Shown one piece after another: positions 45,040 to 56,469 of a stretch of DNA of 64,000 nucleotides. Source of the DNA: Escherichia coli (GTDB taxonomy: Bacteria > Pseudomonadota > Gammaproteobacteria > Enterobacterales > Enterobacteriaceae); NCBI RefSeq assembly GCF_002854065.1, contig NZ_CP024147.1. One strand, written 5' to 3'. Under the pieces are notes generated by a model that was given only the letters and a program-made list of their open reading frames with translations, was not told where the DNA came from and did not search any database. Both the position numbers and the translations under genes were made by a program. The stretch's first letter is position 1; every line of letters starts with the position of its first letter.

Positions 45040-46059
45040 TTATTCAGAAAAAGTGAGTAAGACTTTGCAGCAATGTTTTTGATCCTGTTCAAATAAACTA
45101 ATGGCATCAGCAACATGCTGGAAATCAAACGTATGGGTAATTAATTTTTCTGGTTTAATTAACCCTTTACTTAACCAGTCGATAACGACCGGAAATTTAT
45201 TTGCATTTAAGCGTGAAGAGAAAATAGATAGTTCTTTTCCGGTAATTCCTTGCTGAATCACTTCAGAAGGTTCACTGGAGAAGCCCATCAATACAATACG
45301 TGCCGCTGGAGAAGCCAGCGTTACGGCCTCTTTCAGGATAGAAGGATGACAAGCCGCATCAATAATTAATGTCGGCTTTATGCCTTTTTCAGCGAAAATC
45401 TCGCCAAGCGGTGTCTGGCTGTTATTAATCACCCAGTCAGCCCCGCTCTCTTTCGCTTTTTCCAGTCGTTCATCAATGCGATCGGCAACAATCACATTTT
45501 TAACGTTATAGACGCCTTTTAATACCTGAACGATCGTCAGGCCGATTGGACCGGCACCGTAAACCAGAACGGTATCATTTTCAGTCGGTTGACCATGACC
45601 GGTTACGTTAGCCGCAATGGTAAAAGGTTCGATCATCACCGCATATTGATCGGCCACTGCTTCAGGAATTTTCCACGCATTTTTTGCCGGAACCACAGCA
45701 TATTCACTGAAACCACCGTCAGCGTGCACACCTAATACAGCGAGTGTCGTACAAACGTTCGGCTTACCTATAGAGCACGGATAGCAATGACCACAGCTGA
45801 CCACCGGATCGACAGCAACACGTTCACCGACTCTGGCGCTTTCCACACCTTCACCCACCACATCAATGACGCCAAAGAATTCATGTCCAATGACGCGCGG
45901 ATATTTCGCAAAAGGATTATGCCCACGATAAATATGGCTATCTGAACCACAAATTCCGGCAAGTTTCACTTTTACTCGTACTTCACCCGCTGACGGGGTG
46001 GGTATTTCACGTTCGACAATCGCCAGTTGATTCGGTTTTTCAATTAATATGCTTTTCAT
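45040..46059 (-). CDS. rspB: zinc-dependent alcohol-dehydrogenase-family protein (starvation-sensing operon)
   Basis: MDR motifs (GHEFFGVI, GAGPIGL); ~339 aa from the ATG at 46059. Confidence 0.9.
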   Translation of the reverse strand: MKSILIEKPNQLAIVEREIPTPSAGEVRVKVKLAGICGSDSHIYRGHNPFAKYPRVIGHEFFGVIDVVGEGVESARVGERVAVDPVVSCGHCYPCSIGKPNVCTTLAVLGVHADGGFSEYAVVPAKNAWKIPEAVADQYAVMIEPFTIAANVTGHGQPTENDTVLVYGAGPIGLTIVQVLKGVYNVKNVIVADRIDERLEKAKESGADWVINNSQTPLGEIFAEKGIKPTLIIDAACHPSILKEAVTLASPAARIVLMGFSSEPSEVIQQGITGKELSIFSSRLNANKFPVVIDWLSKGLIKPEKLITHTFDFQHVADAISLFEQDQKHCCKVLLTFSE

Positions 46060-46070
46060 TATCTTACTCC

Positions 46071-47285
46071 TTACCAGTTCCACAGCGTGCCATCTTCCAG
46101 ACGTGCGACTGGTAGATAAGCAGGTTCATAGGGATATTTCGCCGCCAGCTTTTCATCGAATTCGATGCCAAGACCCGGTTTGTCTCCCGGATGCATATAG
46201 CCGTTATCGAAAGTCCAGTTGTGCGGGAAGACTTCGAGCATTTGTTCGGAATAACCCATGTATTCCTGGACACCGAAATTGGGGACCCACAGATCAAAGT
46301 GCAGCGCTGCAGCCATGCAGACTGGTGACAAATCGGAAGGACCGTGTGAGCCAGTACGTACCTGATACAGCGAAGCAAAATCGGCAATCCGGCGCATACC
46401 GGTAATTCCGCCTGCATGGGTCAGCGTGGTGCGGATATAATCGATGAGTTGCTCTTCAATCAGTTGTTTGCAGTCCCAGATGCTGTTGAAGACTTCACCC
46501 ACTGCGATGGGTGTGACGGTATGTTGGCGAATGAGACGGAAGCATTCCTGGTTTTCCGCAGGCGTCGGGTCTTCCATCCAGAACATGCGATAATCTTCAA
46601 TGCTTTTACCAAAGCGCGCCGCTTCAATAGGCGTTAAGCGATGGTGCATGTCATGCAGCAAATGTTCATTAAAACCAAACTTGTTACGTACCGCGTCAAA
46701 CAATTTCGGCATGAAATCGAGGTATTTCTCCGTCGACCACAGCTGCTCTTCCGGCCACTGTCCTTTGGTTGCGGGTTCATAAGCCAGACCTTTACCTTTC
46801 GACATGCCGTAGGTGGTTTTCATACCAGGGATTCCGCACTGCACGCGGATGGCTTTGAATCCCAGCTCCTGATGACGGGCATAATCATCCAGAGCTTCAT
46901 CAATACTGTGACCGGTGGTATGGCAATAAACCATCACCCCTTCACGAGACGCGCCGCCGAGTAACTGGTAAAGCGGCATGTTGGCAGCTTTGGCTTTAAT
47001 ATCCCACAGCGCCATATCAACCGCTGAAATAGCCGACATCGTAACCGGACCGCGACGCCAGTAAGCACCTTTATAGAAAAACTGCCAGATATCTTCGATA
47101 CGGTGCGCATCGCGACCAATAAGCTGCGGACAAAGGTGATCCTGCAAATAAGAGGCCACGGAAAGCTCACGTCCATTGAGGGTGGCATCCCCAAGGCCCG
47201 TAATACCGTCCTCAGTGGTGATTTTTAATGTGACGAAATTACGCCCCGGACAGGTAACAAAAACTTCAGCCTTTACGATCTTCAT
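46071..47285 (-). CDS. rspA: enolase-superfamily mannonate-dehydratase-like protein
   Basis: ~404 aa from the ATG at 47285; overlaps or abuts rspB. Confidence 0.9.
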
Positions 47286-47491
47286 GTTCGATTCCTTGCA
47301 TCGCTTGTCGTGATGCATGAAATCTACGCAACTGAGCTACTACCATACAAGTATGAGGATCAAAAAAAGCCGGAGTGATCACAAAAAAAAGGCGTATATT
47401 TTCGCCATGAATGGTTGACAAAAGATGAAATAGAGTACCTTTTATCAGCTGACGCTTCCTCGTATCTTATTGATAAAATAGATTTATGTCC

Positions 47492-47818
47492 TTACGTGCG
47501 CCCCCAGCCGGCAACAATGATCAACATGCCGCAAAGCGCAATCAACGCCCCCGTCCAGTCATAAAGACTCAGTTTCACGCCATCCACAACGCGCAGCCAC
47601 ATCAACGCCGTGCAGACATAAACGCCACCATAAGCCGCGTAAACACGCCCACTCGCCGCAGGATGCAACGTTAACAACCAGACAAACAGCGCCAGTGAAA
47701 TCCCCGCCGGAAGCAACAGCCAGATACTGGCGTTTCGTTTTAACCACAACCAGGGCAGAAAGCATCCAATAATTTCACACAGCGCAGTAGCAAAAAATAG
47801 TAACGTTGTTTTAATCAT
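47492..47818 (-). CDS. ynfA: UPF0060 small membrane protein
   Basis: 108-aa ORF with four predicted TM helices. Confidence 0.85.
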   Translation of the reverse strand: MIKTTLLFFATALCEIIGCFLPWLWLKRNASIWLLLPAGISLALFVWLLTLHPAASGRVYAAYGGVYVCTALMWLRVVDGVKLSLYDWTGALIALCGMLIIVAGWGRT

Positions 47819-47952
47819 CTTTGTCTCTTATTGACATCATGTATAGTTATAGGGCGACATAATATCATCAATATAAACACCCTCCTGGTACGTTTTGCGT
47901 CCGCAGTGGATGGTGTAGAATCACCTTTAATCATTCATACAGGGAATGAATT

Positions 47953-48294
47953 ATGAAAATCACTCTCAGCAAACGAATCGGCCTGCTCGCTTTTCTGCTG
48001 CCTTGCGCACTGGCATTGAGCACAACTGTTCATGCCGAAACTAACAAACTGGTGATTGAGTCTGGCGACAGTGCACAAAGCCGCCAGCACGCCGCTATGG
48101 AAAAAGAGCAATGGAATGACACGCGCAATCTGCGCCAGAAAGTGAATAAACGCACTGAAAAAGAGTGGGATAAAGCCGACGCCGCTTTTGATAACCGCGA
48201 TAAATGTGAGCAAAGCGCCAACATCAATGCCTACTGGGAGCCAAATACTTTGCGCTGCCTGGACCGTCGAACTGGCCGCGTTATTACCCCCTAA
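47953..48294 (+). CDS. ynfB: secreted DUF1283 protein
   Basis: 113-aa ORF with signal peptide. Confidence 0.85.
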
Positions 48295-48328
48295 CCTGTT
48301 ATTGATTTAAGGAATGTAAGGACACGTT

Positions 48329-48889
48329 ATGCCAAGCGCCCACAGTGTTAAGCTACGCCCGCTGGAGCGTGAAGATTTACGCTATGTACATCAACTCGAC
48401 AATAACGCCAGTGTGATGCGTTACTGGTTTGAGGAACCCTACGAAGCCTTTGTTGAACTCTCTGATCTGTATGATAAGCATATTCACGATCAGAGCGAAC
48501 GACGCTTTGTGGTGGAATGTGACGGCGAAAAAGCCGGTCTGGTGGAGTTGGTGGAAATTAACCATGTACATCGCCGCGCAGAATTTCAGATAATTATCTC
48601 CCCGGAGTATCAGGGGAAAGGTCTGGCAACCCGTGCCGCCAAATTAGCAATGGACTATGGCTTCACCGTTCTCAATCTCTATAAGCTGTATCTGATCGTC
48701 GATAAAGAGAATGAAAAAGCGATTCACATTTACCGCAAGCTTGGCTTTACGGTTGAAGGTGAATTGATGCATGAGTTCTTTATTAATGGTCAATATCGTA
48801 ATGCTATTCGCATGTGTATATTCCAGCATCAGTATCTGGCAGAGCACAAAACACCGGGTCAGACTCTCCTGAAGCCGACCGCACAATAG
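48329..48889 (+). CDS. speG: spermidine N1-acetyltransferase (GNAT)
   Basis: 186-aa ORF with GNAT fold motifs. Confidence 0.9.
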   Translation: MPSAHSVKLRPLEREDLRYVHQLDNNASVMRYWFEEPYEAFVELSDLYDKHIHDQSERRFVVECDGEKAGLVELVEINHVHRRAEFQIIISPEYQGKGLATRAAKLAMDYGFTVLNLYKLYLIVDKENEKAIHIYRKLGFTVEGELMHEFFINGQYRNAIRMCIFQHQYLAEHKTPGQTLLKPTAQ

Positions 48890-49174
48890 CATTAATAATA
48901 ATCGATCGTATTTTTGATGGTGTAAACCCGTTCGACGGCGGGTTTTACTCCTTCATCAACAATGATCAGCTGACAGTCCACTGGATTGGCGTGACTGTCA
49001 TATTCACAGCTCTGTTTTACATTACCAACCCGTTGATTGTTCAGTAAAGTAACCGCTGTGTAATCTAATTTTTTGATCGGATCCGTTGATGGCGTGGCGC
49101 TGACAGATAATGTTTTGTCGTTACTTTTCGTGGTTTTACCCAGCGGATACCCCTGATCATCATTGGATTTGCCC

Positions 49175-50080
49175 CTATATTTCCAGACATCTGTTATCAC
49201 TTAACCCATTACAAGCCCGCTGCCGCAGATATTCCCGTGGCGAGCGATAACCCAGCGCACTATGCGGATGCCATTCGTTATAATGCTCGAACGCCTCTGC
49301 AAGGTTCTTTGCTGCCGTTAACCCGTCTGGTTTGGGCATGATACTGATGTAGTCACGCTTTATCGTTTTCACGAAGCTCTCTGCTATTCCGTTACTCTCC
49401 GGACTCCGCACCGCCGTGTTCTTCGGTTCAAGTCCCAACATCCGGGCGAACTGGCGTGTTTCATTAGCCCGGTAGCATGAACCATTATCCGTCAGCCACT
49501 CCACTGGAGACGACGGAAGATCGTTGCCGAAGCGGCGTTCCACCGCTCCCAGCATGACGTCCTGTACTGTTTCACTGTTGAAGCCGCCGGTAGTGACCGC
49601 CCAGTGCAGTGCCTCACGATCACAGCAGTCCAGCGCGAACGTGACACGCAGTCTCTCTCCGTTATCACAGCAGAACTCGAACCCGTCAGAGCACCATCGC
49701 TGATTGCTTTCTTTCACGGCCACTCTGCCTGTATGTGCCCGTTTCGATGGCGGTACAGCAGGTTTTCGCTCAAGCAACAGCGCATTCTGGCGCATGATCC
49801 GGTAAACACGTTTGGCATTGATCGCAGGCATACCATCAAGTTCTGCCTGTCTGCGAAGCAGCGCCCATACCCGACGATAACCATACGTGGGCAGCTCTCC
49901 GATAACATGGTGTATACGGAGAAGCACATCCGTATCATCAGTGTGACGACTGCGGCGGCCATCCATCCAGTCATCGGTTCGTCTGAGAATGACGTGCAAC
50001 TGCGCACGCGACACCCGGAGACAACGGCTGACTAAGCTTACTCCCCATCCCCGGGCAATAAGGGCGCGTGCGCTATCCAC
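49175..50080 (-). CDS. insD: IS2 transposase OrfB (InsD-type)
   Basis: 301-aa DDE transposase ORF overlapping insC. Confidence 0.9.
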
Positions 50081-50403
50081 TTTTTTGCCCGTCCATATTC
50101 AACGGCTTCTTTGAGGAGTTCATTTTCCATCGTTTTCTTGCCGAGCAGGCGCTGGAGTTCTTTAATCTGCTTCATGGCGGCAGCAAGTTCAGAGGCAGGA
50201 ACAACCTGTTCTCCGGCGGCGACAGCAGTAAGACTTCCTTCCTGGTATTGCTTACGCCAGAGAAATAACTGGCTGGCTGCTACACCATGTTGCCGGGCAA
50301 CGAGGGAGACCGTCATCCCCGGTTCAAAGCTCTGCTGAACAATTGCGATCTTTTCCTGTGTGGTACGCCGTCTGCGTTTCTCCGGCCCTAAGACATCAAT
50401 CAT
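50038..50403 (-). CDS. insC: IS2 OrfA (InsC-type)
   Basis: [56 protein letters not shown]... Confidence 0.9.
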
Positions 50404-51045
50404 CTGTTCTCCAATGACTAGTCTAAAAACTAGTATTAAGACTATCACTTATTTAAGTGATATTGGTTGTCTGGAGATTCAGGGGGCCAGTCTAATCATA
50501 GCGATATTCCATCTGCATCTGTTTGCTGCTGGCTTTAATCACGAAGCCATTATCATCGGTTTCCCAACTCACCCCGGCAGAAGGTAATTCTGCTAGCTGG
50601 CATTTTCCCTGTAAACGTACTCTCTTCTCCAGCGTCTCGGCATCACGGTAATAATTGGCGTCCAGTACCAGAGCGACCACGGTATTATTTTCCAGATCCA
50701 GTAATTCGAGTGAATCAAAACAGCCTTCTTCCGACAAAGTCCCCGAAACACGTTTCGTCACTTCACCTTGCTCATCCATTAATGTCTGAGTGAAATCTTT
50801 TACCGGACCACGCAGCGGATCAAAATCGAATTCATTAGAGAAACTGGCCATCTCAGGAGTAAATGAAAGTGTTACCTCTGTGCGGTCACATCCTGTGAGT
50901 AATATCGCGAGTAAGCATGGCAGTAATTTGTATTTCACATCAGTCACCAGAGAGTAGAGATGATTCTCAATCATAGTAGCAAATACAGTACTTTACACGT
51001 TAAATGCTATGCTTAAAGAAGTTATCTTCGCGTAAGGAGCTTATG

Positions 51046-51351
51046 ATGAAACTCTCAACCTGCTGTGCCGCGCTTCTGCTCGCCCTCGCCTCACCCGCGG
51101 TACTCGCCGCGCCGGGATCCTGTGAGTGCATACAGAGCGATATATCACAGCGCATTATCAATAATGGCGTACCCGAAAGCAGCTTCACGTTAAGTATTGC
51201 ACCCAATGACCAGGTTGATCAGCCTGATTCCCAGGTCGTCGGGCATTGTGCTAATGATACGCATAAAATTCTCTACACCCGCACCACCAGCGGTAACGTC
51301 TCTGCTCCCGCGCAGTCTACCCAGGATGGCGCGCCTGCCGAACTGCAGTAA
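51046..51351 (+). CDS. ynfD: secreted DUF1161 protein
   Basis: ~101 aa from the ATG at 51046, signal peptide MKLSTCCAALLLALASPAVLA. Confidence 0.8.
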   Translation: MKLSTCCAALLLALASPAVLAAPGSCECIQSDISQRIINNGVPESSFTLSIAPNDQVDQPDSQVVGHCANDTHKILYTRTTSGNVSAPAQSTQDGAPAELQ

Positions 51352-51435
51352 TACATTATCGACTGAACGCCGGATACGACGCATCCGGCGATTTGAACAT
51401 ATAACATAACCCACCTTATTACTCATACCCTTCTA

Positions 51436-51449
51436 TTGATATGGATTAA
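51436..51449 (+). promoter_or_regulatory. FNR-like site (TTGAT-ATGG-ATTAA) ~100 bp upstream of ynfE
   Basis: One mismatch to TTGAT-N4-ATCAA; fits an anaerobic respiratory operon. Confidence 0.4.
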
Positions 51450-51548
51450 TAATTCTTAACCCAAAATGGGTAGACCCCCTCTATTGTTAGCGCGCTAAAT
51501 ATTCAATATATAAACTTTTATATAACGATAAAGAACAGGGAGTGAGTT

Positions 51549-53975
51549 ATGTCCAAAAATGAACAAATGGTGGGCATCAGCCGCAGAACACTCGTTAAAT
51601 CTACCGCGATAGGTTCTCTGGCGCTGGCTGCAGGCGGTTTTTCTTTACCGTTTACCCTGCACAGTGCAGCAGCAGCGGTACAACAGGCCCGCGAAAAAGT
51701 GGTCTGGGGTGCCTGTTCTGTCAACTGTGGTAGCCGCTGTGCACTTCGTCTACATGTTAAAGATAATGAAGTGACCTGGGTGGAAACTGACAATACCGGC
51801 AGCGATGAGTACGGCAACCATCAGGTACGCGCCTGTTTGCGCGGTCGCTCCATCCGCCGGCGTATTAATCATCCCGATCGCTTGAATTACCCAATGAAAC
51901 GCGTGGGCAAACGCGGCGAAGGCAAATTCGAACGGATTAGCTGGGATGAAGCCCTGGATACTATCGCCAGTAGCCTGAAGAAAACCGTCGAACAATATGG
52001 CAATGAGGCTGTATATATTCAGTACTCTTCGGGGATCGTTGGCGGCAATATGACCCGCTCTTCGCCATCAGCCTCGGCGGTCAAACGCCTGATGAACTGC
52101 TACGGCGGTTCACTCAACCAGTATGGCTCCTACAGCACTGCGCAAATTTCCTGTGCCATGCCCTACACCTACGGCAGTAATGATGGCAACAGCACCACGG
52201 ATATTGAAAACAGCAAGCTGGTCGTGATGTTTGGTAACAACCCGGCAGAAACCCGCATGAGCGGCGGTGGCATCACTTATCTTCTTGAAAAAGCCCGCGA
52301 AAAATCGAACGCAAAAATGATTGTTATCGATCCGCGATATACCGATACGGCTGCCGGTCGTGAAGACGAATGGCTTCCTATTCGCCCGGGCACCGATGCC
52401 GCGCTGGTTGCGGGTATTGCCTGGGTATTGATTAACGAAAATCTCGTTGATCAACCTTTTCTCGATAAATACTGCGTCGGCTATGACGAAAAAACCTTAC
52501 CCGCAGATGCACCCAAAAATGGTCACTATAAAGCCTATATTCTTGGTGAAGGTGACGATAAAACAGCGAAAACGCCGCAGTGGGCTTCGCAAATTACCGG
52601 TATCCCGGTGGACCGTATCATCAAACTGGCGCGTGAAATTGGCACAGCAAAACCCGCTTATATCTGCCAGGGCTGGGGGCCGCAACGCCAGGCAAACGGC
52701 GAGCTGACCGCACGCGCTATTGCTATGTTGCCTATTCTGACGGGCAATGTCGGCATCAGCGGCGGAAATAGTGGCGCGCGTGAATCGACCTATACCATTA
52801 CCATAGAGCGCCTGCCGGTGCTGGATAATCCGGTCAAAACGTCAATTTCCTGCTTCAGCTGGACAGATGCTATCGATCATGGCCCACAAATGACGGCAAT
52901 CCGCGACGGTGTCCGGGGCAAAGATAAACTGGATGTGCCCATTAAGTTCATCTGGAACTACGCGGGAAATACCCTGGTTAATCAGCATTCTGACATCAAC
53001 AAAACGCATGAAATTCTGCAGGACGAATCGAAATGCGAAATGATTGTGGTCATCGAAAACTTTATGACCTCATCGGCAAAATATGCCGACATTCTGCTGC
53101 CAGACCTGATGACCGTTGAGCAGGAAGATATTATTCCTAACGACTACGCCGGTAACATGGGATATCTCATTTTCCTCCAGCCAGTCACCAGCGAAAAATT
53201 CGAACGTAAACCGATTTACTGGATCCTGAGTGAGGTCGCGAAACGTCTTGGACCTGACGTCTATCAAAAGTTCACTGAAGGTCGCACGCAGGAACAATGG
53301 TTACAACATCTGTACGCCAAAATGCTTGCCAAAGATCCGGCGTTACCGTCTTACGACGAACTGAAAAAAATGGGTATCTATAAGCGTAAAGATCCCAATG
53401 GTCATTTTGTCGCCTACAAAGCATTTCGTGACGACCCCGAGGCAAATCCACTTAAAACACCTTCCGGTAAGATTGAAATTTATTCCAGCAAGCTGGCGGA
53501 AATTGCCCGTACCTGGGAACTGGAAAAAGATGAAGTGATAAGCCCACTGCCAGTTTATGCCTCAACCTTTGAAGGCTGGGACTCCCCTGAACGTAGTACC
53601 TTTCCACTGCAACTGTTTGGTTTCCATTACAAATCCCGTACTCACTCGACCTACGGCAATATTGATCTCCTGAAGGCTGCCTGCCGTCAGGAGGTGTGGA
53701 TCAACCCTATAGATGCGCAGAAACGTGGGATTGCCAACGGCGATATGGTGCGGGTGTTTAACCATCGTGGCGAAGTTCGGCTACCAGCCAAAGTGACACC
53801 ACGTATTCTCCCTGGAGTTAGCGCTATGGGCCAGGGAGCCTGGCACGAGGCCAATATGTCTGGCGATAAAATCGACCATGGAGGCTGTGTGAATACGCTA
53901 ACCACTCTGCGCCCTTCACCACTGGCGAAGGGAAACCCGCAGCATACGAATCTGGTCGAGATCGAAAAAATATAA
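51549..53975 (+). CDS. ynfE: molybdopterin oxidoreductase catalytic subunit (DmsA paralogue; putative selenate reductase), Tat-exported
   Basis: 808-aa ORF; twin-arginine signal (SRRTLVKS); CSVNCGSRC FeS motif. Confidence 0.95.
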   Translation: MSKNEQMVGISRRTLVKSTAIGSLALAAGGFSLPFTLHSAAAAVQQAREKVVWGACSVNCGSRCALRLHVKDNEVTWVETDNTGSDEYGNHQVRACLRGRSIRRRINHPDRLNYPMKRVGKRGEGKFERISWDEALDTIASSLKKTVEQYGNEAVYIQYSSGIVGGNMTRSSPSASAVKRLMNCYGGSLNQYGSYSTAQISCAMPYTYGSNDGNSTTDIENSKLVVMFGNNPAETRMSGGGITYLLEKAREKSNAKMIVIDPRYTDTAAGREDEWLPIRPGTDAALVAGIAWVLINENLVDQPFLDKYCVGYDEKTLPADAPKNGHYKAYILGEGDDKTAKTPQWASQITGIPVDRIIKLAREIGTAKPAYICQGWGPQRQANGELTARAIAMLPILTGNVGISGGNSGARESTYTITIERLPVLDNPVKTSISCFSWTDAIDHGPQMTAIRDGVRGKDKLDVPIKFIWNYAGNTLVNQHSDINKTHEILQDESKCEMIVVIENFMTSSAKYADILLPDLMTVEQEDIIPNDYAGNMGYLIFLQPVTSEKFERKPIYWILSEVAKRLGPDVYQKFTEGRTQEQWLQHLYAKMLAKDPALPSYDELKKMGIYKRKDPNGHFVAYKAFRDDPEANPLKTPSGKIEIYSSKLAEIARTWELEKDEVISPLPVYASTFEGWDSPERSTFPLQLFGFHYKSRTHSTYGNIDLLKAACRQEVWINPIDAQKRGIANGDMVRVFNHRGEVRLPAKVTPRILPGVSAMGQGAWHEANMSGDKIDHGGCVNTLTTLRPSPLAKGNPQHTNLVEIEKI

Positions 53976-54032
53976 CCCACTACAACCATAAATTCTGGCA
54001 TGACATTTTGTTTGAAAAGCAATAAGTGAGTA

Positions 54033-56459
54033 ATGATGAAAATCCATACCACAGAGGCGCTCATGAAGGCTGAAATCAGCCGTAGAAGTCTGATGAAAAC
54101 CTCCGCACTTGGCAGTCTTGCGCTGGCAAGCAGTGCTTTCACTCTGCCATTTTCCCAAATGGTCCGGGCGGCAGAGGCTCCGGTAGAAGAGAAAGCGGTC
54201 TGGAGTTCCTGTACCGTTAACTGCGGGAGCCGCTGTCTGTTACGTTTGCATGTGAAAGATGACACCGTGTACTGGGTGGAGTCTGATACGACAGGTGACG
54301 ACGTCTACGGTAATCATCAGGTTCGAGCGTGTTTACGCGGGCGCTCTATCCGCCGACGGATGAATCATCCTGATAGGTTGAAATATCCCATGAAGCGCGT
54401 CGGCAAGCGCGGTGAAGGTAAATTTGAACGGATAAGTTGGGACGAAGCCCTGGATACCATCAGTGATAATCTTCGGCGGATCCTAAAAGATTACGGCAAT
54501 GAGGCTGTACATGTCCTGTACGGAACAGGTGTAGATGGCGGAAACATCACCAACTCAAACGTCCCGTACCGTCTGATGAACTCTTGCGGTGGTTTTCTCA
54601 GTCGCTATGGCAGCTACAGTACCGCACAGATCAGTGCCGCAATGAGTTATATGTTCGGTGCCAATGATGGCAACAGCCCGGATGATATCGCCAATACGAA
54701 ACTGGTCGTTATGTTCGGAAATAACCCGGCAGAAACGCGGATGAGCGGTGGTGGTGTCACTTACTACGTCGAGCAAGCCCGCGAACGTTCAAACGCACGC
54801 ATGATCGTCATCGATCCACGTTATAACGACACAGCTGCCGGGCGTGAAGATGAATGGCTGCCCATTCGCCCTGGCACCGATGGCGCACTGGCCTGTGCGA
54901 TTGCCTGGGTACTGATTACTGAAAACATGGTCGATCAGCCATTTCTCGACAAATATTGTGTTGGTTACGATGAAAAAACGCTGCCCGCCAACGCACCACG
55001 TAACGCGCATTATAAAGCCTATATTCTGGGCGAAGGGCCTGACGGCATAGCTAAAACGCCGGAATGGGCAGCAAAAATCACCTGCATCCCGGCAGAAAAA
55101 ATTATCCAGTTGGCACGAGAGATCGGTTCAGCAAAACCTGCTTATATTTGTCAGGGTTGGGGGCCACAACGACATTCCAACGGCGAGCAAACATCCCGCG
55201 CTATTGCCATGCTTTCCGTTCTCATCGGTAACGTCGGCATAAACGGCGGCAACTCAGGCGTACGCGAAGGTAGCTGGGATCTGGGGGTAGAATGGTTCCC
55301 GATGCTCGAGAATCCTGTTAAAACGCAGATTTCCGTCTTTACATGGACAGATGCCATCGATCATGGTACGGAAATGACCGCGACCCGTGATGGTGTTCGT
55401 GGAAAAGAAAAACTGGATGTCCCCATCAAGTTTTTATGGTGCTACGCCAGTAACACATTGATCAATCAACATGGCGACATCAATCACACCCATGAGGTGC
55501 TTCAGGATGACAGCAAGTGCGAGATGATTGTTGGCATTGACCACTTCATGACGGCCTCGGCTAAGTATTGCGATATCCTGTTGCCCGACCTGATGCCAAC
55601 AGAGCAAGAAGACCTTATCTCTCATGAATCTGCAGGGAATATGGGCTATGTGATCCTCGCCCAACCCGCAACCTCAGCAAAATTTGAACGCAAACCCATC
55701 TACTGGATGCTGAGTGAAGTCGCCAAACGCTTAGGACCGGACGTTTATCAAACCTTTACTGAAGGTCGCAGTCAGCATGAATGGATCAAATATCTCCATG
55801 CGAAAACGAAGGAACGTAACCCTGAGATGCCCGACTACGAGGAGATGAAAACGACCGGGATCTTTAAGAAAAAATGCCCGGAAGAACACTACGTCGCTTT
55901 CCGCGCATTCCGTGAAGATCCACAGGCAAACCCGTTGAAAACACCTTCGGGGAAAATCGAAATTTATTCTGAACGACTGGCGAAGATTGCAGATACCTGG
56001 GAATTGAAAAAAGATGAAGTTATTCATCCCCTTCCAGCTTATACGCCAGGTTTTGATGGCTGGGACGATCCCCTGCGGAAAACCTATCCACTGCAGTTAA
56101 CGGGCTTCCACTACAAAGCGCGTACCCACTCCAGCTACGGCAATATTGATGTGTTACAGCAGGCCTGCCCACAAGAGGTGTGGATCAACCCCATTGATGC
56201 TCAGGCACGCGGTATCCGTCATGGCGATACCGTGCGGGTATTTAACAATAATGGAGAAATGCTGATTGCCGCAAAAGTGACTCCGCGTATTCTGCCTGGC
56301 GTTACCGCCATCGGGCAAGGTGCGTGGCTTAAAGCGGATATGTTTGGTGACCGGGTCGATCACGGCGGCAGTATTAATATTCTGACCTCTCACCGCCCTT
56401 CACCGCTGGCAAAGGGAAACCCGTCGCACAGCAATCTTGTCCAGATCGAAAAGGTTTAA
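54033..56459 (+). CDS. ynfF: molybdopterin oxidoreductase catalytic subunit, tandem paralogue of ynfE, Tat-exported
   Basis: 808-codon ORF (start may be the second ATG at 54036); twin-arginine signal (SRRSLMKT); CTVNCGSRC. Confidence 0.95.
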   Translation: MMKIHTTEALMKAEISRRSLMKTSALGSLALASSAFTLPFSQMVRAAEAPVEEKAVWSSCTVNCGSRCLLRLHVKDDTVYWVESDTTGDDVYGNHQVRACLRGRSIRRRMNHPDRLKYPMKRVGKRGEGKFERISWDEALDTISDNLRRILKDYGNEAVHVLYGTGVDGGNITNSNVPYRLMNSCGGFLSRYGSYSTAQISAAMSYMFGANDGNSPDDIANTKLVVMFGNNPAETRMSGGGVTYYVEQARERSNARMIVIDPRYNDTAAGREDEWLPIRPGTDGALACAIAWVLITENMVDQPFLDKYCVGYDEKTLPANAPRNAHYKAYILGEGPDGIAKTPEWAAKITCIPAEKIIQLAREIGSAKPAYICQGWGPQRHSNGEQTSRAIAMLSVLIGNVGINGGNSGVREGSWDLGVEWFPMLENPVKTQISVFTWTDAIDHGTEMTATRDGVRGKEKLDVPIKFLWCYASNTLINQHGDINHTHEVLQDDSKCEMIVGIDHFMTASAKYCDILLPDLMPTEQEDLISHESAGNMGYVILAQPATSAKFERKPIYWMLSEVAKRLGPDVYQTFTEGRSQHEWIKYLHAKTKERNPEMPDYEEMKTTGIFKKKCPEEHYVAFRAFREDPQANPLKTPSGKIEIYSERLAKIADTWELKKDEVIHPLPAYTPGFDGWDDPLRKTYPLQLTGFHYKARTHSSYGNIDVLQQACPQEVWINPIDAQARGIRHGDTVRVFNNNGEMLIAAKVTPRILPGVTAIGQGAWLKADMFGDRVDHGGSINILTSHRPSPLAKGNPSHSNLVQIEKV

Positions 56460-56469
56460 GGAGTAGCCC

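Larger units (their letters stand above)
49164..50494 (-). mobile_element. complete IS2 (1331 bp) with 5-bp target-site duplication ATCAT
   Basis: Ends TAGACTGGCCCCCTGAATCTCC (minus strand from 50494) and ...GGGGCAAATCCA (to 49164); ATCAT at 49159-49163 and 50495-50499. Confidence 0.95.
48892..50938 (-). pseudogene. ynfC: lipoprotein gene ynfC interrupted by IS2 (N-terminal part 50495-50938, C-terminal part 48892-49163)
   Basis: N-terminal ORF has signal peptide plus lipobox (MKYKLLPCLLAILLTGC, GTG start at 50938) and ends at the IS2 junction; C-terminal coding (DQGYPLGKTTKSN...TIDYY) resumes beyond the other IS end. Confidence 0.85.

Noticed and set aside
47319-47491. GTGATCACA motif upstream of rspA considered as a CRP site
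   Set aside because: Half-sites have no spacer, so it does not fit TGTGA-N6-TCACA.
48892-49200. 102-aa ORF 48892..49200 as an independent gene
   Set aside because: Its first ~12 codons are IS2 terminal sequence; the rest is the displaced C-terminus of ynfC, annotated as part of the interrupted gene.
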